Made by a program: the position numbers and the translations under genes
In this document: positions 1 through 7,823 of the stretch, one piece after another
How positions within the stretch are numbered: the stretch's first letter is position 1
How the letters are laid out: the number at the start of each line of letters is the position of its first letter
Virus record (IMG/VR): IMGVR_UViG_3300020045_019462
Span: 1 to 32,437 of that record
Direction: 5' to 3' (one strand)
Length of the DNA stretch: 32,437 bases
Origin: a virus
Lineage: Duplodnaviria > Caudoviricetes
Notes under the pieces: model-generated
What the model was told of the DNA's origin: nothing
Databases searched by the model: none
The model's input: only the letters and a program-made list of their open reading frames with translations

Positions 1-1
1 A

Positions 2-163
2 CTTTATTTCTCTAATGTTTATAAAGATTTCGATAAACAGAATTATGAAAATACCAATGCTTCTGAACAAATGACAGGTAAATTATGTTTAAAAAATACA
101 TACTTTCTATTCTCTCTCTTTCCACTTTATTCGCATCCGAACCATCCTCTACCTGCTCAGTAG
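2..163 (+). CDS. 3' part of an ORF entering from the left edge, probably truncated near position 100
   Basis: Frame 2 is open from base 2 to TAG at 161-163 and reads LYFSNVYKDFDKQNYENTNASEQMTGKLCLKNT before running into the antisense of the 12..848 gene. Confidence 0.4.
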   Translation, partial: LYFSNVYKDFDKQNYENTNASEQMTGKLCLKNTYFLFSLFPLYSHPNHPLPAQ

Positions 164-848
164 ATACCTGGATAATTCCCATTAATTGGTTTGCGCGGTC
201 AACAAGAGCTTTGTCAGCTCCTAGAGCTGTTGCCTGAAGAATACCAGAAGAATCTTTAACCATCTCTCCTTTCCATCCTCCAGATTTAATTTTTTTCATA
301 AGGTCTGACAGCTCAGATACGTAATCCCTCATCTTTATTGCATTCTCGTATAATGGAATATTCTTTTTCCTATAATCATCGTTAACCGTATTGTATTTTT
401 CTCGTTCTTTTTGCTCTAGAGAGTATCGTTTTAAGGCTTCATCCGATAAGTTTTCACTCCGTTTAATGTCTAGCTCTTCCTTTTTAAGGTTAAGAATTTC
501 TCGGTCATAGGATTTTTTATCATTATATTCGTCAATAGCTTTGTAAGTGTTTGCCACTGCTTGCCTTAAAGCAATAGAATTCCTGGAGGCTTCGGAAGAT
601 CTTTCTATACTTTTATCTATGCCAACGTTTCCCGCAGACAACGCATCACTAAGTCCACCCATGTAACCTTGTCCAGGTGTAGGATTAGCCAATTTTGAGC
701 CAGCGTTTATCAGAAAATCATTCATAGGATTTTGCTGGGCAATTTGACTTTGCCGATCGGCTTCTAAATTCATCTGGTCTAAAGCGATTTGCTGTGGGTC
801 GGAAACCTTAGGCATCATTTTTTGTTTTAATTGATTTATCAGACTCAT
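12..848 (-). CDS. Putative internal virion/ejection protein, C-terminus probably disrupted
   Basis: AAGGA RBS; last gene of the ejection-type operon; amphipathic segment FLINAGSKLANPTPGQGYMGGLSDAL followed by coiled coil; last ~28 aa are compositionally aberrant. Confidence 0.6.
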   Translation of the reverse strand: MSLINQLKQKMMPKVSDPQQIALDQMNLEADRQSQIAQQNPMNDFLINAGSKLANPTPGQGYMGGLSDALSAGNVGIDKSIERSSEASRNSIALRQAVANTYKAIDEYNDKKSYDREILNLKKEELDIKRSENLSDEALKRYSLEQKEREKYNTVNDDYRKKNIPLYENAIKMRDYVSELSDLMKKIKSGGWKGEMVKDSSGILQATALGADKALVDRANQLMGIIQVSTEQVEDGSDANKVERERIESMYFLNIIYLSFVQKHWYFHNSVYRNLYKH

Positions 849-857
849 TTTTTATCC

Positions 858-2564
858 TTATCCTGGAATTCCACGTTTCAAAGCATCAGTTTTAGCTTTC
901 AAATACTCTTGATTTAAGTCATTCTCTTGCATTTTTTTGTACGTGCCATAACCCTGCATGGCTGTTCCAATCAGAGATCCCATTGTATTACTTGGTTGTG
1001 GAGGTATCAAACTCTGCATCTGAATAGGAGCAATATTTGCGGCTGAAGATGGGTTAACTCCGTGAAATCTATCAGGTGAATAACCTTGTCCAATAGGAGG
1101 TGAAATCGTAGCAATTGTATTTGTGAAATCACGCAATTGTGTTTTTGGGAACTCTTGCCGTTCTTTAACTTTGGACGCATTGAATTGATTTTCTGCCATT
1201 TGCTCTTCGCGCCTCTTAACCCCTAAATTATGCAATAAATTAATGTTTTCAAACTGTTGAGCCCGAAGGTTACGTTTTTCATCTTTTGCCAACGCGAATT
1301 TTCTAAGCTTATGTTCTGCTTCTGATCTTGCTCGATCGCCCGAGGCTGCAGCACGATTGAATTTTGAATCGTGGCTTGCACGACCAATTTCTTCAGCTTG
1401 CATCAATGTTGATTCGTCCAAATCTTTCAACAGCTCTTGTTGTTTTTCAGCAAGTTTTCTTTTCATATAATAATAGTATCCGCCTGGTTCTTGGTTTTGC
1501 CCTGAGTATTGTTGAACCAACGCCCTATCTTGATCATCAAATCTTTCTTTTAACCTTTTTTGTAAAGCGTTATACAACTGTGCATGTTTGCGCTTAACAA
1601 ACTTCTCATTTTCAGGATCAGACTCCAAACTTCTTAGCTGTGATTTTGAATAATCCGAAAAGGCAGAGTTTTCTGACTCGTCGTAGTTTTTATTAGCCTT
1701 AGAATCTAACGCTCTTTCTTCGGGAGTTCCTTTAAGCGCACTCAGTAATTGGTTTTCAGATTCAACCATATTTGAATTGGGAGCGATCCATTTTTCATAA
1801 GGGTTTGGTTGGTAGTCCCGATTTCCCAATTGATGAGCAGCCTGAATCGCAACGTTTCTCGCATATGCGGATGGATCAGCGTATTCACCAGTGATTTCAT
1901 CTCTAGGTAGGTCGTATTCACCTAATATTCCACCAGAAACGGGTTGAGAACTATTGAAAGTTGGTTTCGAAGGTTCGTCATTCTTGCCTTGAAATGCCCA
2001 ACTAAATAACCCTTTCAGATCTTCGGGAATATCGATACCTGGCTTTGTCAGTTCAGATCCTTCCAAAGTTCTTCTAATTTTATCCCTATATTCCTCATTT
2101 TGCGCTAATGTCGGGTCTTCCAGAATACGCTGATAAATAGGTCTAAAAATATTGAATGCTTCGCTAAAATCGGGTTTCGAAGGTTTATCCTTCTTGGCTA
2201 AAGTTGGTTTCGAAGGTTCATCCGTCTTGGCTTTATTTGCCCAGCTAAATAACCCTTTCAGATCTTCAGGAATATCGACACCTGGCTTTGAAAGTCCAGA
2301 TCCTTCCAAAGCTTTTCTAATTTTACCCCTATATTCCTCATTTTGAGCTAATGTCGGGTCTGCCAGAATACGCTGATAAACAGGTCTAAAAATATTGAAT
2401 GCTTCGCTAAAATCGGGTTTTGAAAGTGGAGATTCTTCCAAAGCTTTTCTAATTTTACCCCTATATTCCTCATTTTGAGCTAATGTCGGGTCTGCCAGAA
2501 TACGCTGATTAACAGGTCTAAAAATATTGAATGCTTTGCTTAAATCGGGTTTTGAAGCTGGCAT
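858..2564 (-). CDS. Putative internal virion/ejection protein with N-terminal tandem repeats
   Basis: GGAG RBS; start overlaps the upstream stop; Gln-rich helical C-half ending QEFPKTQLRDFTNTI...MGSLIGTAMQGYG, as in podovirus internal proteins. Confidence 0.65.
   Translation of the reverse strand: MPASKPDLSKAFNIFRPVNQRILADPTLAQNEEYRGKIRKALEESPLSKPDFSEAFNIFRPVYQRILADPTLAQNEEYRGKIRKALEGSGLSKPGVDIPEDLKGLFSWANKAKTDEPSKPTLAKKDKPSKPDFSEAFNIFRPIYQRILEDPTLAQNEEYRDKIRRTLEGSELTKPGIDIPEDLKGLFSWAFQGKNDEPSKPTFNSSQPVSGGILGEYDLPRDEITGEYADPSAYARNVAIQAAHQLGNRDYQPNPYEKWIAPNSNMVESENQLLSALKGTPEERALDSKANKNYDESENSAFSDYSKSQLRSLESDPENEKFVKRKHAQLYNALQKRLKERFDDQDRALVQQYSGQNQEPGGYYYYMKRKLAEKQQELLKDLDESTLMQAEEIGRASHDSKFNRAAASGDRARSEAEHKLRKFALAKDEKRNLRAQQFENINLLHNLGVKRREEQMAENQFNASKVKERQEFPKTQLRDFTNTIATISPPIGQGYSPDRFHGVNPSSAANIAPIQMQSLIPPQPSNTMGSLIGTAMQGYGTYKKMQENDLNQEYLKAKTDALKRGIPG
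1957..2555 (-). repeat. In-frame tandem repeat: three copies of a ~44-aa unit and two of a ~30-aa unit
   Basis: SKPD(L/F)S(K/E)AFNIFRPxxQRIL(A/E)DPTLAQNEEYRxKIR three times, with DNA periods of 132 and 243 bp; KPG(V/I)DIPEDLKGLFSWA...DEPSKPT twice. Confidence 0.97.
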
Positions 2565-4228
2565 TATGCTCTCCTATTATTTATTTTTTTTTCTCTTAAA
2601 TAATGAAAAATATGTTTAGCAGGCTTGGGAATCTCGGTTTTCTTAACACCTTTATCTTCTCTTATTTTTTTTATAGCTGCCTTTAATTTTGCGTGTCCCT
2701 TATCAATATTTCCTTTTCCAATAAGTTCTACAATTTCACGTGTAATTACGTATTCACCAGAGCTTAGAGCGCAAGGAACGAAGGGTTCAATCACAACTCT
2801 TTTTTCGTGGTGATCAAATTTACTTACAAATTCGTCAAGGATTTTTTTTCCTGCTAAAGAATTACCATCTCCAAGATGTGAAACCGTTGCCGCGTCTATT
2901 ACATAGCTTCCTTTTGGAACATCGACATGAATGTTATCCTCTTGACCAGATGAGTCTCCTTTGATAAATGAAGATGAGTCAATGTTTCCCTCATTAACAA
3001 TGCCACCTTTTTTGAAATACTGACGGGGAGCATCTTTATTTAAGTATTGATTCACATATTCTTGTCCGATTACTTGACCATTCTTGTCATGGATTGGGAC
3101 TAGCGTATTTACCATTTGATGTGATCTGAAATTACCGTTTTTGGCTTGTGGGTAGAATTTTGCCATATGGCGGGCATATTCCTGCCTTCGTTGTTCGTGG
3201 TATTCTTTTTCTAAAGCTTTCTGTTCAGCACGCTCTTTCGCCATCTCTTCGTTATATTTATCGATTCGATTTTGCTCTTTTTCGCGATATAGAATTCTTT
3301 CCTTGTTTGCCTCTTCTATCCGTTTGTTTTCTGATTTACCGAAGGACTCGGCATTTCTTTCGTTTTCCGCGTTCTCCTTTAAATATGATCCAGCAGCCAC
3401 GGATGTAAGCGCAGGAACTGCGTACTTTAATGATTCGGGAATTGCGCCACTTAAGAGACTATTTGCTGTGTTCGTCAAACCATTTGAGTAAGCACCGCCT
3501 CCCAAATATCCAAGTCCACCCGCCAATAATCCTCCTCCTAATGTCTGCATCCACGACTCTTTTTCTTCTTCAGGCACGAAAGTGTTTGAAATTCTTGATC
3601 CTAACATAGACCCTAACCCAGAGCCAATCGCGGTGCCAAATCCAGGTGCAATAATCGTTCCAACAACGCCGCCAACAATAGACAATGCACCTTTGAGAAG
3701 AGAAGCCCAAAAGAATTGAGGTAGACCAGTTTTTTTATTTACCAATATGTCTTCGTCTACTCCTTCTGGCAGTTTGTCCCAGAAATAATAAAGCAATTCC
3801 TTAGGCATAACACATAAAACCGAGTCGTTATATTCTCCCATAGATTGAAGTTTATTGGCTTCAGGACTTAAATTCTCACTCGAATTAGCCATAGGAAGGT
3901 CACCAAACTTTTTTTCTAACATGTTATGGATATCATCAACTACTTTTTCTTTATTCTTTGATTTATCAAAACCCTTAAAAGCAAGGTCGATCGCTTCTTT
4001 GACCTTTGGATTAGAGTTGATAACCTCATTAAGTCTAGAAAAATATGGCATATTCAACTCAGGATGAAGAATTCTACCACCTTGAGCTTGCGATAAAGTT
4101 TCCTCTTCCTCAGGCGTCATGTGAACTAACAAATCATCATCTGAAAGGGATTTTCCCATCCCTTGTATTTCTCTTGGTGATGGTTCATTTCCCGCTAACG
4201 GGATGGTATTTTTTAATTCTTCATCCAT
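2564..4228 (-). CDS. Putative internal virion/DNA-delivery protein with glycine-zipper membrane segment
   Basis: LLVHMTPEE and VNKKTGLPQFF modules, GxxxG-rich hydrophobic stretch, coiled coil, FKKGGIV motif, duplicated G(S/E)YVI...(L/I)GxGN...G C-terminal module. Confidence 0.7.
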   Translation of the reverse strand: MDEELKNTIPLAGNEPSPREIQGMGKSLSDDDLLVHMTPEEEETLSQAQGGRILHPELNMPYFSRLNEVINSNPKVKEAIDLAFKGFDKSKNKEKVVDDIHNMLEKKFGDLPMANSSENLSPEANKLQSMGEYNDSVLCVMPKELLYYFWDKLPEGVDEDILVNKKTGLPQFFWASLLKGALSIVGGVVGTIIAPGFGTAIGSGLGSMLGSRISNTFVPEEEKESWMQTLGGGLLAGGLGYLGGGAYSNGLTNTANSLLSGAIPESLKYAVPALTSVAAGSYLKENAENERNAESFGKSENKRIEEANKERILYREKEQNRIDKYNEEMAKERAEQKALEKEYHEQRRQEYARHMAKFYPQAKNGNFRSHQMVNTLVPIHDKNGQVIGQEYVNQYLNKDAPRQYFKKGGIVNEGNIDSSSFIKGDSSGQEDNIHVDVPKGSYVIDAATVSHLGDGNSLAGKKILDEFVSKFDHHEKRVVIEPFVPCALSSGEYVITREIVELIGKGNIDKGHAKLKAAIKKIREDKGVKKTEIPKPAKHIFHYLREKKINNRRA

Positions 4229-4239
4229 TTTTTTTTCCT

Positions 4240-5481
4240 CTAAGCTATCATTGCTGCGGTTTCGGCGGCTGGGTACAAAGAGTCCATAAGTTTACTAATT
4301 GAACCAGACGCGTATCGTCCAGCGCCTGCTGTCTCTTCAGGAGAAACAGAAGAATATCCACTCGATATTGCTTGACCTGGAGTTTGACCACCTAGGTAAT
4401 TTGCTCCCGAATTCACAGCTCCACGCGCTGCATATTGCGCCAACGGATTTTGCATTTGATCAATTCCGGAATGAGCGCCAGAAATCATAGAATCAGAAAT
4501 GGAGTTGCCTTGACCGTAAGAACTCAAAGCATTTGATATTCCGGATGCCACAGGATGGTTTATGTTTCCACCAATAGAATTGCCTAAAGATGAAGCTGCA
4601 TTTTGCGCAACGCCGGAAGCAGTTGGAGCAGTACCAGCAGCTAGATTTTTACCAGCATAATCGCCTAAAGAAGAGATTAAACCCGATGAAATATTTCCAA
4701 CTTTTGAACCAGAACCAGGAGAAAGTTTATCCGCCAATCCCCCTAATTTCTCACCAGCCATCATACCAAGTTGAGGCGCCGCATTGGATATTGCTCCGCC
4801 AACGCCTTGACGTAATGAATCCATAAAGCTTGGACTTTGTCCACCCTCAGCGTCTTGACCGCTATTTCCAAAATTTGATGCCATGTTTGTAATCATATTA
4901 CCGATTCCAGGAGAAAGCGCGCCGGCAAGGCTTTTACCGGTATCTCCGAATTGACCGCCAATCGCGTTAATGCCAGATTGCGCTAGATTTCCTAACATTG
5001 GTGCAACAGTAGATGCTAGTGGTTTAATTAAGCCGCCAATCGCACTTGTGAACGGACTAATAATATTTCCAAGAGAACTAAGTAGCCCACCAAGGAAATA
5101 TTCGCGTTTACCAGTTTTTGGGTTAATTGACGGTTTGCCGCCATTTAATGCCGAATCAAAAAGATCAGCCATCACTTTTGGAAGCACGACAGCTTCGGTG
5201 TCACCATAGCGACCTGATTCACGGATGAATTTGTTTAGACCTTCAACTGAACCACCATGTGCAAAGTTTTGTCTCTGCATCTCTTGAATTTTTGGCTGCA
5301 AAACCCGATGGGCAATCAGTTCTCCAAGAGGTAAAAACGAATGGATATTCCCACGGTTTCTGTCTTTATATTCGCCTCCCTGTAACTGCGCCAACTGCAT
5401 TATTTCTGCCGGCGACATGTGGGCTATAATTTCTTGATGATTGTCTTGTAATTGATTAGGATAATCTGCGTTCTGAAGCAT
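4240..5481 (-). CDS. Putative internal virion/DNA-delivery protein, Gly/Ala/Ser-rich
   Basis: IAHMSPAE, FAHGGSV and GRYGDT...SINPKTGKREYFLGGLL motifs shared with the downstream gene; AAAGG RBS. Confidence 0.7.
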   Translation of the reverse strand: MLQNADYPNQLQDNHQEIIAHMSPAEIMQLAQLQGGEYKDRNRGNIHSFLPLGELIAHRVLQPKIQEMQRQNFAHGGSVEGLNKFIRESGRYGDTEAVVLPKVMADLFDSALNGGKPSINPKTGKREYFLGGLLSSLGNIISPFTSAIGGLIKPLASTVAPMLGNLAQSGINAIGGQFGDTGKSLAGALSPGIGNMITNMASNFGNSGQDAEGGQSPSFMDSLRQGVGGAISNAAPQLGMMAGEKLGGLADKLSPGSGSKVGNISSGLISSLGDYAGKNLAAGTAPTASGVAQNAASSLGNSIGGNINHPVASGISNALSSYGQGNSISDSMISGAHSGIDQMQNPLAQYAARGAVNSGANYLGGQTPGQAISSGYSSVSPEETAGAGRYASGSISKLMDSLYPAAETAAMIA

Positions 5482-5559
5482 AATTTAAAACCTTTTTATT
5501 ATTTTTATGAGTTTCAATTATTTTATCACCCAAATTAAATAACTACTATTGTTTTAAGA

Positions 5560-5588
5560 ATTATACTGATATATAAATAGTCGAACAA
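5560..5588 (-). promoter_or_regulatory. Sigma70-like promoter for the ejection-protein operon
   Basis: Minus strand TTGTTC-N17-TATAAT about 80 bp upstream of the 5481 start. Confidence 0.6.
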
Positions 5589-5596
5589 CATAACTT

Positions 5597-5624
5597 GAAG
5601 GTGATTTTCACCTTCTTTTTTTTT
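5597..5624 (+). terminator. Intrinsic terminator hairpin
   Basis: GAAGGTGA-ttt-TCACCTTC followed by a T-run on the + strand. Confidence 0.65.
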
Positions 5625-6207
5625 ATATCATAGGCAATTCCTCTCTTGTATAAGTCATTCCAAACGGACGCTCAGAATTTACATTTGATGATCCGCCGGG
5701 TCCATATCGATCGTACTGACGATAGAACATCGAGTTAACGTTTCTATCGTATTCTTCTTGGTCGTATTTGTCTTTCTCCATTAATATTTGTCCGTCCTTT
5801 AGAACTGCTCGCTGTTCGAAATCATCAATCATACGTCTTTTTTCAAGAAGATGCGGGTTCAAATACGATGACATGATTTGGCTTTGGTAACTATCCGCAA
5901 CAGAATTATTCTGCGCATGTCTTGATGCGGGAACGACAGTCCATCCTGCTGCCTCATGCATCTGAAGATTTTTCATTGATATTCCATTGTCATCAATCGT
6001 TGGAACCCAAGCATAAACCGAAGTCTCAGGTTTATTTAATTCTATCATTTGATCAAAAGATCCGTTGGTTTGTCGAAACGAATTATCATTCCATTCCGGA
6101 CGAGAGTCTTCGGAATATTTACGCTCTCTATGATTTGACGTTGAGATGTCATCAGAAACGAATCTTAATCTGTCGCTAAGCGTATGTTGTGAATGTGAGT
6201 GAATCAT
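5623..6207 (-). CDS. Conserved head-module protein (family normally following the scaffold gene)
   Basis: YAWV...KNLQMHEAAGWTVVPASRH...DGQILM pattern recalled from scaffold-adjacent phage proteins; TAATG overlap with the scaffold gene. Confidence 0.55.
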   Translation of the reverse strand: MIHSHSQHTLSDRLRFVSDDISTSNHRERKYSEDSRPEWNDNSFRQTNGSFDQMIELNKPETSVYAWVPTIDDNGISMKNLQMHEAAGWTVVPASRHAQNNSVADSYQSQIMSSYLNPHLLEKRRMIDDFEQRAVLKDGQILMEKDKYDQEEYDRNVNSMFYRQYDRYGPGGSSNVNSERPFGMTYTREELPMI

Positions 6208-7211
6208 TAGAATTTTCCTTTCTTAGAGTTTTGAAAAAACTTATCGTATTCTGATGCAGCAGAAGAACCGAGTTTTTGAAGAAACCTTTGTTTAATACTT
6301 TCTTCTTCACTTGTTGGTTTATGCGTGAACTGAATAGAGTGTTTTCGAGAAGATGAAACTGGTGCAGAAAAGTTTTTATTATTAGAATTCATTCCTATAC
6401 CCATATTTTGTTCGAGTTCTTCAGATAAGTGATTCGCTAAATCTTTGTAATATTGTTTTGACCCTACTAAGTCTCCGCGCCCATTTATTTTGTAAACGTC
6501 TTCTAATTTAACCGCTAAATCTTGAGCTAAACCGAAAGTCCGAGGACTATAGTTTACATTATTGTTTGATGCGTCCAAAAATGGATGTGCTTTCATGAAG
6601 TCATCAAGATTTTTTCGTTTTGCATCGGAGTTTTCGTCCAAATCATAATCCGTAACAGCAGAGTATGTAGAGTTTTGATATTCGCGCGAAGCATTCTCTA
6701 TTAAGTTTTTATTCTGATGATGGGTATTAGCAAGTATAGCTTTTTCATTTCTAACTCGAGCTAGTTCTTCATCAAGGGAACGAATTCTTTTTTCTGTTTT
6801 AAGACTATTCTCAATGTCTTGCTCCGAATCATAGGATTGTTTAAAGAGAAGACTTTGTTCAATCTCTTCTTCTAGAGATTTTTCAAGAACTTCATTCTTG
6901 TTATATTTCTCTGCCAATTTCTCCTGAGTTTCGTGCGCTCTAAGCAAGGCTTGTTCTTCCGCCATGCGTTTATAATTCATCTTCTCAGTTTCGGCGTCGA
7001 GTAATTTCTTCTTCAAACGTTCTGTTTGAGTAAGGCGGCGCTTTTTTGGTTTGTCACTATCTTCACTTTCTGGATCTGAAAACCCAGATTCTTCTTCTTC
7101 AACTTCTGGCTCTGGTTCAGCTAAAGCTGGAAACTGTGAACGAAGAACATCAACAGATTCGCCAAAATAAGGATTCCCCGTTAAAATCTCTTGCATGGTA
7201 TTTTCGGTCAT
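6207..7211 (-). CDS. Putative capsid scaffolding protein
   Basis: Acidic N-terminus, long coiled coil, DFMKAHPF motif, C-terminal helix-turn-helix ending in basic residues; downstream of GroES. Confidence 0.65.
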   Translation of the reverse strand: MTENTMQEILTGNPYFGESVDVLRSQFPALAEPEPEVEEEESGFSDPESEDSDKPKKRRLTQTERLKKKLLDAETEKMNYKRMAEEQALLRAHETQEKLAEKYNKNEVLEKSLEEEIEQSLLFKQSYDSEQDIENSLKTEKRIRSLDEELARVRNEKAILANTHHQNKNLIENASREYQNSTYSAVTDYDLDENSDAKRKNLDDFMKAHPFLDASNNNVNYSPRTFGLAQDLAVKLEDVYKINGRGDLVGSKQYYKDLANHLSEELEQNMGIGMNSNNKNFSAPVSSSRKHSIQFTHKPTSEEESIKQRFLQKLGSSAASEYDKFFQNSKKGKF

Positions 7212-7222
7212 ACTTCAATCCT

Positions 7223-7747
7223 TTAATTATTAATATAAGAAAGTGGACTTTCGATCGTACCAATAATTGAAATATCATCAATAGTTAATAATCGTGCACC
7301 ATTTTCAAATTTTGTACGTTTCACATTGATCGGCGAAAAGTGAACCCAGTCTCCGTAAGTGGCGGTTGCACCATCTGGGAATTTTGACGAATCAAATGCC
7401 AACGTTCCAATTTTCATAACTTTTCCGATAGACCAAGTATCAATTGGATTATCTTCCGTTGACTGATACGGTTTAGCCTGACCGATGTCATACTCTAATA
7501 AATGGATTCGAATATTTTCTGGCTCTATTATATCGCACCCAAATTCTTCAATAGACATTTTAGAAATTTCATCGAAAGTCCACACACGTCTGTTTAAGTT
7601 TTTCCAATGATTTAATGGGAAACCGGGCTTCGGACGAAACAGGGAACTCGTTTCATCCATTATTAATCTAGGGAAAATAATTCCAGTTCTGTTGTAAAAT
7701 TGGGTTAGGTGTTCAAGACCATAGGATTCGTAAGGATTCAGATTCAT
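7223..7747 (-). CDS. Phage GroES-like co-chaperonin with N-terminal extension
   Basis: IGKVMKIGTLAFDSSKFPDG...GDWVHF...LLTIDDISIIGTI matches the Cpn10 fold pattern of phage GroES homologues; AAGGA RBS. Confidence 0.7.
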   Translation of the reverse strand: MNLNPYESYGLEHLTQFYNRTGIIFPRLIMDETSSLFRPKPGFPLNHWKNLNRRVWTFDEISKMSIEEFGCDIIEPENIRIHLLEYDIGQAKPYQSTEDNPIDTWSIGKVMKIGTLAFDSSKFPDGATATYGDWVHFSPINVKRTKFENGARLLTIDDISIIGTIESPLSYINN

Positions 7748-7823
7748 AAATATTCCTTATTGTTTTTATAACTGTTAAAATCTTAAGACATTTAATCATT
7801 TTAAAAAAAGAAAAACAATTATA

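Noticed and set aside
1957-2555. Repeats as a CRISPR array
   Set aside because: Long, in-frame coding repeats without unique spacers; no cas genes.
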